This document shows positions 1-10,317 of a DNA stretch of 64,000 nt, in pieces. The notes beneath the pieces are model-generated. The model did not search any database, was not told the DNA's origin, and saw nothing but the letters and a program-made list of their open reading frames with translations. The translations under genes were made by a program, and so were the position numbers. Origin of the DNA: an uncultured Methanosarcinales archaeon (GTDB taxonomy: Archaea; Nanobdellota; Nanobdellia; Woesearchaeales; ARS49); contig CAZWVL010000005.1 in the NCBI GenBank assembly GCA_964637115.1, positions 31,360 through 95,359 on the forward strand. Reading direction: 5' to 3'. How positions within the stretch are numbered: position 1 is the first letter of the stretch; every line of letters starts with the position of its first letter.

Positions 1-2
1 CA

Positions 3-584
3 ACGATTAAGGGAGAGTTTGATCCTAAGTCTTTTTCGGTTTATTTTGGGAATATCGCGCCTGATTTTTTTGCGTGGGTTGTGCCTGAGAGTTCTACTCG
101 CGCCCGGGTTGGTATTGCTGCGCAGAAGTATGGTTTTAATGCGTATGATAAATTGCTGGAATTGTGTCCTGGCGAGATTGTTGACAAGCAGGCAGGTCCT
201 ATTCCTTTGTTTGACAGCCAGGGTGCGCAGAAAGATAATGTTTACCTTGTGGGAGATGCTGCTGCTTTGTGCAAGAACACGACTGGCGGCGGCATTATTA
301 CTGGAATGATGTCTGGCAAGTTTGCTGCAGAAAGCATTCTTACAGGTAAAAGTTATGAGAAATTGCTGAAGCCGTTAAGAAAAGAGCTCAAGATTCATCA
401 GAAGCTGAGAGACACGTTAAACAAATTTTCTGATGCTGATTACGAAAAGCTCATCAGCTGGATGTCCGTTCCTAAAGTGAAGGATATTCTGCACAAGTAT
501 CCCAGAGAATTTCCTTCAAGATTTATGCTTAAACTTTTGCTGGCTCAGCCGAAATTCTTGTATTTCTTGAAGTACGCGTTTTAA
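3..584 (+). CDS. Geranylgeranyl reductase-family FAD-dependent oxidoreductase (5' partial, C-terminal part)
   Basis: Frame is open from the window edge (…YFGNIAPDFFAWVVPE…). Contains LVGDAAALCKNTTGGGIITGMMSGKFAAE, typical of the GGR family. Confidence 0.8.
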   Translation, partial: TIKGEFDPKSFSVYFGNIAPDFFAWVVPESSTRARVGIAAQKYGFNAYDKLLELCPGEIVDKQAGPIPLFDSQGAQKDNVYLVGDAAALCKNTTGGGIITGMMSGKFAAESILTGKSYEKLLKPLRKELKIHQKLRDTLNKFSDADYEKLISWMSVPKVKDILHKYPREFPSRFMLKLLLAQPKFLYFLKYAF

Positions 585-862
585 GGGTTCCATTCGCTTG
601 CTTTGGCCATTGCTTTGGAAAGCTGGCGAAGAAGCTTCATTTTGTCTCTGTCTTCCACCGCTACCGTCGCGCCGGTAAGAATAAGCCTGAGATCATTTTG
701 TATGGCCTTTGCTCTGGCCTCAGCAGCTTCTTTTTCTGCTTTCTCAGCTTCTTTTTCCGCAACTTCTGTGGCTGTTGTCATGCCAAATACTTTCTTGCAC
801 GAATTTAATAATCTTTTGCCGTACGTTACCTTTAAATATCTCCTCTCCATTAATTTGTTCAA
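581..862 (-). CDS. Small hypothetical protein with an A/E/K-rich coiled coil; start may be at 781
   Basis: ORF fills the gap between neighbouring genes. No recognised motif. Confidence 0.4.
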   Translation of the reverse strand: MNKLMERRYLKVTYGKRLLNSCKKVFGMTTATEVAEKEAEKAEKEAAEARAKAIQNDLRLILTGATVAVEDRDKMKLLRQLSKAMAKASEWNP

Positions 863-886
863 TAAAAGCTTAAGGGGTGGTATTGA

Positions 887-1222
887 ATGGGAGCAAATCA
901 GACGTGGGCCAAGGTGATTGGAGTTGTGCTCATATTGGTGGGCCTTCTAGGCTTCTTTATGGGCGACAATGTATTCGGATTCCAGGTGAACCTGTTGCAT
1001 AACCTTGTGCACTTGATTACTGGAGTAATTTTTGCTTGGGCTGGATTCTCAGCAGGCGCGCCGACAAAGAAAGTCAACACCTGGCTTGGTGTAATATACC
1101 TGTTGTTAGGCATTATTGGTTTCTTCGCATTGCAGGACTTGCTTGCGTTGAACACTGCAGACAACTGGTTGCACATCGTTATCGGTGTTATTTCAGCCTG
1201 GGTTGGCTGGAAGGCTGAGTAA
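887..1222 (+). CDS. DUF4383-like 4-TM membrane protein
   Basis: Four hydrophobic segments, with NLLHNLVHLITG and NTADNWLHIVIG motifs. Confidence 0.75.
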   Translation: MGANQTWAKVIGVVLILVGLLGFFMGDNVFGFQVNLLHNLVHLITGVIFAWAGFSAGAPTKKVNTWLGVIYLLLGIIGFFALQDLLALNTADNWLHIVIGVISAWVGWKAE

Positions 1223-1242
1223 GCCTTCATTTTTTTCTTATT

Positions 1243-1854
1243 ATGATTTTTCTTTTCGACTGCTTTGGCGTAGTTGTAGATTGGAAGTCAGAATACATTA
1301 TTCCTTTCTGGGCGAAATATGCAAAGATTTCTGATGCTGATGTCAAGAGCGCGCTTTCTGAAGTGGGCCATCTTGCTGATACCGGCCAGATTTCAATGGA
1401 TGAGTTGTGGCAGCGTTTTGGGGAGAAATGCCGTGTTGACCCTGCAGGTCTTGAGCATATTTTTGTCGAGTGTTTCAAGAAAAAGGCGCGTCTTGATGAA
1501 GGTGTTGTGAAAATTGTGAAAAGCTTGCACGATCCTTGTGTGCTTTCTAACCAATGGCCGTGGCATACCGAATATTTGAAAAGAATTGGATGGCTTTCTT
1601 ATTTTAAGCGCGTGTTTATCAGCAATGAGCTGAATTATTGCAAGCCTGACCCCAGGGTTTATCTGGCAGTCATTAAGGAGCTTAGCGTTCCTCCTGATAG
1701 TATTGTGTTGATTGATGACAAAAGAGAGAACATTGATGGTGCTTTAAAGTGCGGTATGAAAGGTATTGTTTTTTCAAGTGCTGAACAATTGCGCGGTGAT
1801 TTAGAAAAGCTTTATAATATCAAATTCAATCAGAGGAAGCATGGCGTCGCTTGA
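1243..1854 (+). CDS. HAD-superfamily hydrolase
   Basis: Motifs FDCFGVV, LSN, KPDPRVY and IDDKRENIDGA. Confidence 0.85.
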   Translation: MIFLFDCFGVVVDWKSEYIIPFWAKYAKISDADVKSALSEVGHLADTGQISMDELWQRFGEKCRVDPAGLEHIFVECFKKKARLDEGVVKIVKSLHDPCVLSNQWPWHTEYLKRIGWLSYFKRVFISNELNYCKPDPRVYLAVIKELSVPPDSIVLIDDKRENIDGALKCGMKGIVFSSAEQLRGDLEKLYNIKFNQRKHGVA

Positions 1855-2485
1855 ATTTGCAAAAGAGGTTAAGGATTGGCTGCAGGATGTTCTGAAGCAG
1901 ATTGATCCAAAGATTAAAATTTCTATTAAACAGCCGTGGGAAGCTTTGAAATTGTTGGACAAGCTCGAACTTGAGAAAGAGAGCATTCAGGGCCAGATAG
2001 AGACTGGTGTCAAGTGGGACGTGCCTATAATTTTGGGCAAGGGTTCTGTTATCAAGTTTCCTACGAGAATTGATGGTCCTGTTATTATTGGTGAGAACAC
2101 GGTCATTGGCCCATACGCTTACTTGCGCGGTCCTGTCATTATCGGCAAGGACTGCAAGATTGGCTCTTCTGAGGTTAAGAACTCAATAATAATGGACAAT
2201 TCTTTTGTAGCGCACTTTAATTACGTTGGCGACAGCATTTTAGGCAAAAAGTGTAATCTGGGTGCTGGCACGAAGCTTGCTAATTTGAGATTTGATGGCG
2301 AAATTGTCAAAGTTTCTGCTGGTAAAGATACTAAAGAAATGTACAGCACTGGCATGCGAAAATTAGGGGCTATTATGGAGTCAAGTTCACAAACTGGCTG
2401 CAATTCTGTTCTGAACCCTGGCACGTATGTTGCGAAGAAGGCTAAAGTTATGCCCGGCGCTGTTGTATCGGGCTATGTTGAGTGA
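1841..2485 (+). CDS. Left-handed beta-helix (hexapeptide repeat) acetyltransferase, like the GlmU C-terminal domain
   Basis: Motifs IGPYAYLRG, EVKNS, HFNYVGDSILG, NLGAGTKLANLRFD and TGCNSVLNPG. No nucleotidyltransferase domain. Confidence 0.8.
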   Translation: MASLEFAKEVKDWLQDVLKQIDPKIKISIKQPWEALKLLDKLELEKESIQGQIETGVKWDVPIILGKGSVIKFPTRIDGPVIIGENTVIGPYAYLRGPVIIGKDCKIGSSEVKNSIIMDNSFVAHFNYVGDSILGKKCNLGAGTKLANLRFDGEIVKVSAGKDTKEMYSTGMRKLGAIMESSSQTGCNSVLNPGTYVAKKAKVMPGAVVSGYVE

Positions 2486-3497
2486 AAAAGTCCTTGTATT
2501 GTTCTATTACCTGCTGCACGTCGTGATGTTTTTTAACATATTTGTATCCGTTCTCTGAGAGTTCTTTCCATTTTTTCTTGTTTCTTAGAAGAAGCTTGAC
2601 GTCTTTTATTAAATGTTCAAAACTTCCTGAATGTAGTCCTGTATTGTGTTCTTTCAGCACGTCGTCAGGGTCCACGCTTAAGCTGATAATTGGTGTTTTG
2701 TTCTTCCATGCTTCGAGGAATATGTTGCCAAACCCTTCGCTGCAGGACGTATGGACGACTATTTTGGCTGATGAGTAGTATTTGTTTACTTCATCGTGAG
2801 GCACGTCTGGCAAGACTGTGACGTTGCGGGCAATGTCGTGTTTGAGTTTTCCAGCAACGGCCATCACAAAGCGTTCTTTTGGGAATTCTTTTGCTAATTT
2901 AAGAAAAATTTCTGGACGTTTGAGCGGATGAGCGCGTCCCACCCATAAGATGTGCTTCCGCTTCATTAAGAGTGGCTTGTCCATTTTTGTTGAAATGTTT
3001 ATGTTGCGCACTGGTCTTTTGGTGAACAATTGTAGATTTTCTTGTATTAAGCGCGCATTCGAAATTATGTGGCTGGCAAGTGCCAATCCAACGCGGTAAG
3101 CATATCTTTTGAGCCCTGACTGTCCCATGATTAGTATTGGGTCACATACTTCGATAAAGGCGTATTTTTTCCCGAGTAATTTGCATATTATGGGTTCGTA
3201 AATGCGTTGTTTTTGTTTTGATGAGCGTTCCAAATAGAAATCGGCATTTATGTGTTTGAAGAGAGTAAAAGTGCGTAGGAATGCCTTCAAAAGAGGTTCT
3301 TTTGGGACAATCCAGAAAGTAACATTGTACTTTCTGAATGTTTTGAAGCTATCTCCTTCAACAATCATGTGCACGTCAAATCTTTTGTCTTTTGCCAGTT
3401 CGCATGCTTCATTATAACGCGCAATCTCAGCCCCTCCACAGGACCTTGAGTCTGTGATGGTCGTAAAACCCAACCGGTTCATGTAGCAGATTCGCAT
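2448..3497 (-). CDS. Glycosyltransferase family 4 (GT-B)
   Basis: Motifs LWVGR…KRPEIF and EGFGNIFLEAW. Confidence 0.85.
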   Translation of the reverse strand: MRICYMNRLGFTTITDSRSCGGAEIARYNEACELAKDKRFDVHMIVEGDSFKTFRKYNVTFWIVPKEPLLKAFLRTFTLFKHINADFYLERSSKQKQRIYEPIICKLLGKKYAFIEVCDPILIMGQSGLKRYAYRVGLALASHIISNARLIQENLQLFTKRPVRNINISTKMDKPLLMKRKHILWVGRAHPLKRPEIFLKLAKEFPKERFVMAVAGKLKHDIARNVTVLPDVPHDEVNKYYSSAKIVVHTSCSEGFGNIFLEAWKNKTPIISLSVDPDDVLKEHNTGLHSGSFEHLIKDVKLLLRNKKKWKELSENGYKYVKKHHDVQQVIEQYKDFFTQHSPIQQRRA

Positions 3498-3549
3498 TAT
3501 TTATCGTCGGCTGGCAAGATTTAATAAATCTTTCAATTTCCCGGAGTGT

Positions 3550-4620
3550 ATGAATATTGGTTTGTATACTGAATGTTTAACACAACCCTATACTGGTGTG
3601 GAAATTCAGACAAAAGTTCTGATTGAAGGGTTGAGCAAAACGCCGCATAAGATTACCTGTTTTCATTCCAATGATTCGCGGCATCCAAAATTCGAAAAAG
3701 TCAGCCACTTTTTGTTTCGTAAGCCTCCGTTCAGAGTGCCGTTTTACCAGAGGACTGCGGCGCTTTTTCATTATAATTGCTTCAGTCATCTTGACGTTCT
3801 GCACCTTCAGCATCCTCAGATGCCTTATGTTTTCAAGCCAAAAGTTCCGGTTGTCATGACGATTCATGACATAAGCCCTGTTTTTCTTCCTCATTTTCAC
3901 AATATGCGAAGAATTGTGTTTTTCAGGGATGTTCTTCCTTTCTATCTTAAAAGAGTTGACGCCGTTCTTGCCAGCAGCGAGTCAACCAAGGCGGATTTGA
4001 TTAAGTATTACAGCATTCCCGAGGAAAAAATTCAGGTGGTTCATCTTGCCCTGCCGTTGAAAATCTCTTCTGAAAAAAAGAAGGAGCCGTTTATTCTTTA
4101 TGTTGGTACTTTGGAGCCTAGAAAGAATGTTGAAGGGCTCGTCAGGGCATATGCCATTCTAAAGTCGCAGGGTTTTAGGCAAAAACTGGTTATTGCAGGC
4201 AGGAAGGGATGGAAATATGAGAATATTTTCAGGCTAATAGAACAGCATAATCTGCAAAATGATGTTATTTACAGGGGTTACGTGTCTGAGGAAGAAAAAG
4301 AAGAATTGTACAAAAAGGCAGAATTGTTTGTCTGGCCTTCTTTCTATGAGGGTTTTGGTTTGCCTGTTCTTGAGGCAATGGCGCGCGGAACTCCGGTTGT
4401 AACGTCCAGAAGTTCTTCCCTGCCTGAGGTTGTTGGCGATGCAGGTGTTCTGGTCAATCCAAACAGTCCTGAGGATATCGCGCGCGGCATACAGGAAGCA
4501 TTATCTTCACCAGCAAATTATAAAAGGATGGTCAGGGAAGGATTAAAAAGAGCCAAAAAGTTTACCGTGAAAAAGATGATTAAGGATACACTCGCAGTGT
4601 ATGAGGGGGTTGTTAAGTGA
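3550..4620 (+). CDS. Glycosyltransferase family 4
   Basis: Motifs TIHD, YVGTLEPRKNV and PSFYEGFGLPVLEAMARG. Confidence 0.92.
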   Translation: MNIGLYTECLTQPYTGVEIQTKVLIEGLSKTPHKITCFHSNDSRHPKFEKVSHFLFRKPPFRVPFYQRTAALFHYNCFSHLDVLHLQHPQMPYVFKPKVPVVMTIHDISPVFLPHFHNMRRIVFFRDVLPFYLKRVDAVLASSESTKADLIKYYSIPEEKIQVVHLALPLKISSEKKKEPFILYVGTLEPRKNVEGLVRAYAILKSQGFRQKLVIAGRKGWKYENIFRLIEQHNLQNDVIYRGYVSEEEKEELYKKAELFVWPSFYEGFGLPVLEAMARGTPVVTSRSSSLPEVVGDAGVLVNPNSPEDIARGIQEALSSPANYKRMVREGLKRAKKFTVKKMIKDTLAVYEGVVK

Positions 4621-5543
4621 AAGCAAGCGTAATTATTTCGGATACAGAGTCGCAAAACAGGCTGCTTGTTGACGTGCTTGCCTTGTGCAAGCAGGACCTT
4701 CCATCCCATCAATATGAAGTTATACTTCCTGATTTGGGGCATTTTAGCGCTGAGGAAAAGACAATACTTGCAGAGTTTCAAAAGCAATATCCTAATTTCA
4801 GAGTGATCGGCAACAGGGGAAAAAGGAGCTTTATGCTGAACGAAGCAGTTCGTCAGTCAAGGGGCGAGCTTCTTTTTTTTGTTGAATCACACTGCTTGAT
4901 GCATAAAACCTGGTTGCGGGAATTTGTTGATTTGTTCAAGAACAAAAAAGTGCAGGCAGCGCGCGGCTTCATTAATACAGTGCCGACTGATTCATGGCCT
5001 GGGCAGGGTGAAGAGCAGTACAGGAAGCGTGTAATGCATTACTTTGAAGAATTGAAGGTTGCCGACTCTTATTTTGACTTTCATAATTCTGCGATTACGC
5101 GGAAGTGTTTTGATTCAATGGGCGGCTTGTCAGAAGATATCCCTACCCTGGCAGAATTTGAATTGGGAGCTGTTTTGCATCAGAATGGCATAAAAATTGT
5201 CAAGTTTCCTCAATGTGCGGTCTGGCATTTTAACGATGCTGCTTTTTCAAGTTATTCTAGAATTGTGGGCGCGCAGGGTGCAGATAAGACAAGGCTGCTG
5301 AAAAGGCGTGGTGCGAAATTTATGCGCCAATATTTCCCTCTCAGCAGAACTTTTATGAGGTGCCAGGCATTTTTCAGGCTGTTTAGGTTTCCCCTTCTTC
5401 TGATGGAAAAAACGCTGATTTACGGAGGGATTGCAGGTTTTACGTGTGCAAAAAAGCTCCATATGAACAGGCTCGCCATGCGTTTCTTCAAGGTGTTTGC
5501 AGAAAGCAGCCACAGGTATGGACTGCTGAGCGGATTAAGATGA
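4617..5543 (+). CDS. Glycosyltransferase family 2-like (GT-A)
   Basis: Motifs ASVII, YEVIL and NEAVRQSRGELLFFVESHC. The DxD position is atypical. Confidence 0.7.
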   Translation: MKASVIISDTESQNRLLVDVLALCKQDLPSHQYEVILPDLGHFSAEEKTILAEFQKQYPNFRVIGNRGKRSFMLNEAVRQSRGELLFFVESHCLMHKTWLREFVDLFKNKKVQAARGFINTVPTDSWPGQGEEQYRKRVMHYFEELKVADSYFDFHNSAITRKCFDSMGGLSEDIPTLAEFELGAVLHQNGIKIVKFPQCAVWHFNDAAFSSYSRIVGAQGADKTRLLKRRGAKFMRQYFPLSRTFMRCQAFFRLFRFPLLLMEKTLIYGGIAGFTCAKKLHMNRLAMRFFKVFAESSHRYGLLSGLR

Positions 5544-6610
5544 ACATTTTGCAGTTGGGCAAGTATTATCCGCCTGTAGTTGGAGGAATTGAGTCGCACG
5601 TTAGAGAGTTGTGCGAAGGCCTTGTTAAAAGTGGAAATAAAGTTGTCTGTATTGTTTCTTCAGCTTCAAATAAAAGTTCCAGTGAAATCATTAATGGGGT
5701 TAAGGTGGTGCGGCTTGCAAAGCTTGTCGGGATTAATCATCCGGTCAATCTTTCTCTTCCTGGATACGTGAAGAAACTGCGGAATTTTGATGTCGTTCAT
5801 CTGCATATGCCGAATCCGTCTGCTGAAATGAGCTGTTTGCTGGCAAAGCCGAAGAAGCTTATCGTGAGCTATCATGCAGACGTTGTCGGCAAGTTCGGTG
5901 CTGGAATATATCTTCCTTTCCAGAAGAGAGTATTGCGTATGGCGGATAAAATTATTGTATCATCCCCGCAGTATGCTGATTCTTCTCCTGTGTTGGAAAA
6001 ATTTAGGCACAAGTGCGTCGTGATTCCATATGGTATTGACATGAGAAAGTTTTCAGATAAACGTGGAATGTTTCTTGGCAAAAAGCCTGTTTTTCTTTTT
6101 GTTGGCAGGCTTGTTCGGTATAAGGGTGTTAAATATTTGATTGAAGCAATGAAAAAAGTTGATGGGACTTTGGTTGTAGTAGGCATGGGGCCCCTGCTGA
6201 GTTCATTGCAGCTGCAGGTTGCAAAATTAAATTTGAATGGCAGGGTTAAGTTTTTCACTGATGTCAAGAGCAAGGACTTGCCGGACTTTTATCACTCTGC
6301 TGATGTTGTTGTTCTTCCGTCAATTAGCCGTGCTGAAGCATTTGGGATTGTCCAGCTTGAAGCAATGGCGTGCAGCAAGCCTATAATCAGCACTTATGGC
6401 ATTGTTAACCGGCATTTGAAAACAGGGCTTGTGGTTTCTCCTGCCGACAGCGGCAAACTGGCTTCCGCAATGAATAAGCTTTCTCAGAACAAGCAATTGT
6501 GCTCTAAATTGGGAAAAAATGGAAAAAGATTAGTGCAAAGGCATTTTGAAGTTAGTCTGATGGTGGATAGGATTGTTGATGTTTATAATCTAAAATCTTC
6601 CACGTCATAA
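5540..6610 (+). CDS. Glycosyltransferase family 4
   Basis: Motifs GKYYPPVVGGIESH, FVGRLVRYKGV and EAFGIVQLEAM. ATGA overlap with the upstream gene. Confidence 0.9.
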   Translation: MNILQLGKYYPPVVGGIESHVRELCEGLVKSGNKVVCIVSSASNKSSSEIINGVKVVRLAKLVGINHPVNLSLPGYVKKLRNFDVVHLHMPNPSAEMSCLLAKPKKLIVSYHADVVGKFGAGIYLPFQKRVLRMADKIIVSSPQYADSSPVLEKFRHKCVVIPYGIDMRKFSDKRGMFLGKKPVFLFVGRLVRYKGVKYLIEAMKKVDGTLVVVGMGPLLSSLQLQVAKLNLNGRVKFFTDVKSKDLPDFYHSADVVVLPSISRAEAFGIVQLEAMACSKPIISTYGIVNRHLKTGLVVSPADSGKLASAMNKLSQNKQLCSKLGKNGKRLVQRHFEVSLMVDRIVDVYNLKSSTS

Positions 6611-8963
6611 TTCTTTCCGGTTTGAATGCGCGGTGGACAGCCGTAAATCCTTCTATTTTATCCTCTACAAACAGGCGCACGAGCAAGGTGTTTAAGTATT
6701 CTGGCGACATTAGAATGGCGCGGTAGTCATCATTTTCCTTGTAGATGAGTAGAGCTTGCCGTGTTTTTCCTTCCGGGAAAACGGTTTGCGTTCGTGTCCC
6801 GTTTCTAATTATTGTCAGGCTGTACGGGTATATGTTATTGAGTGATGCAGTGGTGTTTTCAATGTTAACAATGTAACCGGCACATTCAAGAATGGTTGTG
6901 TTAATTTCATTGCACGTTTTAATTGTTGAAATGGTTTTATCTGTGGGAATTAAGGCTTCTTCTTGTACGGCAAAGTACATTTGTCTGGCATCGTCGCCAG
7001 TAAGTCCTGTTACTTGTTCAATGTGTGCAAGTGTTTCTTTTTCAGTCATGCCTGCTGTTCGTTCACGGATGCTGCTTAAATCAGAATTTAATGTCGCAAT
7101 CGAATATATCGTGCTTATTACGTCTAGCATGTTTTTGTCAACAATGACGTATGCTTCTGGGAGCTCGCAGTGAGTGAGGTTGATCAAGTCAGCAATATTT
7201 TTTTTGGCAAGTGTTTTCTCGGCGTGTTCTTTTGGCTGCCGTAAAACTTCTTCTAGCACTGTTGTGCTGTTTGCGCCGAGTTCTTTTCTGTACGTGTTGT
7301 ATGCAGTAAGTCCTTTGCAATCAAGCATGCGGAATACGTTTTTTGCATAAAGTTCGTCTTCTGAAATTAACGCTTTTGCAATCCAGTGTGATCTCGTGCT
7401 TGGTCCTGCGTCAATAAATGTTGGCCTTCGTGCAGAGTACTGCCAGACATAACCGTAATCCCACCACGTGTTTATGATTGCTCCAGGGCCGGTATTTTGT
7501 CTTAGCCAAAGGGCAGTTTCTGCAGTTGCATCGGTCATTGGTGATAATGGAACGTTGCTGGTGTCAAGCATTGTTGCTCCCACAATAAATGGTAAAAGTA
7601 TTAACAACAAAAATGATGCAATTCGTTTTGAAGCAATGTGCAGAGAGCTGGTTAATCCCGCTGAAGACTGTTGCATTTTTAGCATTAGCCCTCCGACGAG
7701 AATTGTTGCGGGTGGTACAACGAAGAACATGAATCTTAGTGTTCGAAGTGCGGGAAGAAGCATAATTATTAGCCAGATGAAAATGAACAGCTCTGGAAGA
7801 CTTGCATTCCTTCGTATTATGCGGTAGCAGAGCCATCCGGCTGCAATGAGCAAAATAAGGCTGAATAGCGGGTCGCCGAGTGCGCTGATGAATTCAGGAA
7901 ATGTTGGCCGTGCAAGTTCCTTGACTGTTGTCTGTATGCCTTGCATGCCCGTGAGTTGTAATTTTACCATTATTTTGCGTACGTATCCTTGTTGGAAAAG
8001 GAGCAGTATGAGGGCCGTGCCTATTCCAAGGGTCGTGAACAATATTTTTTTCCTAACTCCTTGCTTTATGATTGTGTAAATTCCGGCTGAAATGCAGAAT
8101 GCTGCTGCAATGCCGAGAACAAAGAACCATCCGTTCCACGTATGTTTCAGGGCAAACAAGCTTGCAATTACTCCAATGCCTGCTGTTACGCGCTGCCACT
8201 TGTTTCCTTCTATCAGCCATAGTATGCTTAAGAAAAATGCAAGTGAGAGCGGCATGATGAGGCTTGGCGTGTCTGTGAAGCCTGCCATGTTTTGCCTGAA
8301 CAAATAGGGATGGACTGCAAACAATAGTGATGCGAAAAAGGCAGCCTCTGTTCGTTTGAAAATTGTGAATGCCAGTGCAAAAATTAATGCGATTGATATG
8401 ATGCCCAACGCAACCGGCAGGAAAAACGATGTTCTGAGGATTGTTGTTTCGGGCGATAAAATCCGTGCTAACTTGAACCAGCCTGCTTCTACAGCAGGCA
8501 GAAGCGTCCAGGGCGCCTCAGCACCTTGTGGCGCGTGTCTTAGTGTGTCGAACGGTCTGCCGTCTTCAAGTGTTTCTCCTTGGTGGCCGTGGTTGGCAAT
8601 GTTTTCTGCATAGCGTAAGTAATAGTATGCGTCTGGTTCAAGCAGGTAAGGCGTTCCGTGTTCGTCTTGGAAGAGCGCTTTTTGTTCGTTCGCTATTTTT
8701 TGTATGGTTTGTTTTGTGCGCGGGTCTTTGAGTGTTGTGTGTATTTGTTCCTGGACTATGGGGATGATTTTACGGTCTTCAAGCTGCGGGTATTGCGCAC
8801 GTGCTTTCTGAAGTGCTGATGCAGAAACTGAGTTTTCAACGTGCTTTGATACTAGTTCTTCAAGTTTGTCCAGCGAGGCGGAGGAGGAAAGCACGTATCC
8901 GCCGACAATCATTGAAATAATGAGCAGAATCCACCATGGGCATTTTATTTCGTCCGGGTCCAT
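6552..8963 (-). CDS. aglB: Archaeal oligosaccharyltransferase AglB (STT3 family)
   Basis: Motifs EPDAYYYLR, AGFTDT and WWDYG, with many TM helices. Confidence 0.92.
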   Translation of the reverse strand: MDPDEIKCPWWILLIISMIVGGYVLSSSASLDKLEELVSKHVENSVSASALQKARAQYPQLEDRKIIPIVQEQIHTTLKDPRTKQTIQKIANEQKALFQDEHGTPYLLEPDAYYYLRYAENIANHGHQGETLEDGRPFDTLRHAPQGAEAPWTLLPAVEAGWFKLARILSPETTILRTSFFLPVALGIISIALIFALAFTIFKRTEAAFFASLLFAVHPYLFRQNMAGFTDTPSLIMPLSLAFFLSILWLIEGNKWQRVTAGIGVIASLFALKHTWNGWFFVLGIAAAFCISAGIYTIIKQGVRKKILFTTLGIGTALILLLFQQGYVRKIMVKLQLTGMQGIQTTVKELARPTFPEFISALGDPLFSLILLIAAGWLCYRIIRRNASLPELFIFIWLIIMLLPALRTLRFMFFVVPPATILVGGLMLKMQQSSAGLTSSLHIASKRIASFLLLILLPFIVGATMLDTSNVPLSPMTDATAETALWLRQNTGPGAIINTWWDYGYVWQYSARRPTFIDAGPSTRSHWIAKALISEDELYAKNVFRMLDCKGLTAYNTYRKELGANSTTVLEEVLRQPKEHAEKTLAKKNIADLINLTHCELPEAYVIVDKNMLDVISTIYSIATLNSDLSSIRERTAGMTEKETLAHIEQVTGLTGDDARQMYFAVQEEALIPTDKTISTIKTCNEINTTILECAGYIVNIENTTASLNNIYPYSLTIIRNGTRTQTVFPEGKTRQALLIYKENDDYRAILMSPEYLNTLLVRLFVEDKIEGFTAVHRAFKPERIMTWKILDYKHQQSYPPSD

Positions 8964-9063
8964 TATGACGGTTGTATGCAGGGGAGTATTTAAAAAATAT
9001 GTGAGTCTTTATATGCGAATTGTCTCTTTTGAATTTGAAATGTTATCGCGCACGAAAAGCAAT

Positions 9064-10314
9064 ATGTCTGCCAGAATAATTAACGGTCTTTCTAATTCAT
9101 TGCAGATTGACGTTTCTTATTTTGCAAGGGCGGGTTTCTGGGTTGTTGTGGGGTATGCTGGCAGTGCATTGCTTCGGATTTTGCAGATTATTATTTTGGC
9201 CCGCGCCATTGACCGGCAGCTGTATGGTGAGTATCAGTTTGTTCTTGTTTTGATAGCTGCTGTTGCAGTGTTTTCGCTGCCTGGAATGGACAGCGCCATT
9301 GTTCGTTCTGTCGCGAATGGCTACTTTTCTTCATTTGTTGCAGGAACAAAGGCAAAATTGAAGTGGGCGCTTATCGGCACTCTGGTGTTGCTGGGTATGG
9401 CAGTGTTCTTTAAGTTCTTCCAGCCGAAGCCTTTCTGGCATCTTTTCATTTTTGTTGCTCTGCTGTTTCCGTGCTACACTGGTTTTACAGGGATATCTGC
9501 TTATTATAGGGGCAGGGAAAAGTTTCGCGCGGCTGCATTGTATGATTTGCTTGTTGCAGGAGTAAGCACTTTTTCAGTCGTGGTTGCGTTGTTAATCGAA
9601 AAATCAGTCTTTTCCATTATTCTTTCTCTGATGATCTTTAACATTCTCTTGTATCTTTATTTTTATGTTAAGACGTGCAAGCAAATTCCACATAAACCTT
9701 TAGACCGCGCAGTTGTCAGGGAAGGTGTTCACTATTCTGTTATTGGTGCGCTGAGCTATCTGACTCCGTATGTGGATAAGTTCATTATTGCGTTTATTGT
9801 TGGTTTTGAAGGTCTTGCCATTTATGCTGTTGCAGTTTCTTTGCTGCTGAATCTTTCAAATGGAAGTTATCTGATTTCGATGCTTTTGCTGCCGAAGCTT
9901 TCCCGTGCCAAGTCGCATCATGCAGTGCGTATTAGGGGTCTTTTTTGGCTGATGTGTCTTAGTATTGCAGGTATTGTTGCACTTGTCATACTGCTCACTC
10001 CTTTGCTCTTGCCGCTTTTGTTCTCCGTGAAATATGTTGAATCTGTTCGGTATGCGCAGATCGCACTTGTTTCTTTGGTGTTTATGCTTCCTTCAGCAGT
10101 GCTTGTTACTTATTTCAGGGCTGGAAATAGGACGAAGTTTCTCTACGTGTACTCGTTGGGCATGGGAGTGATGAATATTGTCTTGCTCGGCATTGGCGTG
10201 CCGTTGTTTGGTATTCTTGGCGCAGTGCTGAGCAAGGTTTTGTTGGGCTTTCTTGGTTGCGCGTTTTTGACAATCTCTTTTTTTTCTACCACAAACATTA
10301 AAAGTCGGCAGTAA
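9064..10314 (+). CDS. Oligosaccharide flippase (Wzx/MOP superfamily); start uncertain
   Basis: About 12 TM segments, LARAIDRQLYGEYQF and VDKFIIAFIVGFEGLAIY. Divergent from aglB. Confidence 0.85.
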   Translation: MSARIINGLSNSLQIDVSYFARAGFWVVVGYAGSALLRILQIIILARAIDRQLYGEYQFVLVLIAAVAVFSLPGMDSAIVRSVANGYFSSFVAGTKAKLKWALIGTLVLLGMAVFFKFFQPKPFWHLFIFVALLFPCYTGFTGISAYYRGREKFRAAALYDLLVAGVSTFSVVVALLIEKSVFSIILSLMIFNILLYLYFYVKTCKQIPHKPLDRAVVREGVHYSVIGALSYLTPYVDKFIIAFIVGFEGLAIYAVAVSLLLNLSNGSYLISMLLLPKLSRAKSHHAVRIRGLFWLMCLSIAGIVALVILLTPLLLPLLFSVKYVESVRYAQIALVSLVFMLPSAVLVTYFRAGNRTKFLYVYSLGMGVMNIVLLGIGVPLFGILGAVLSKVLLGFLGCAFLTISFFSTTNIKSRQ

Positions 10315-10317
10315 TCC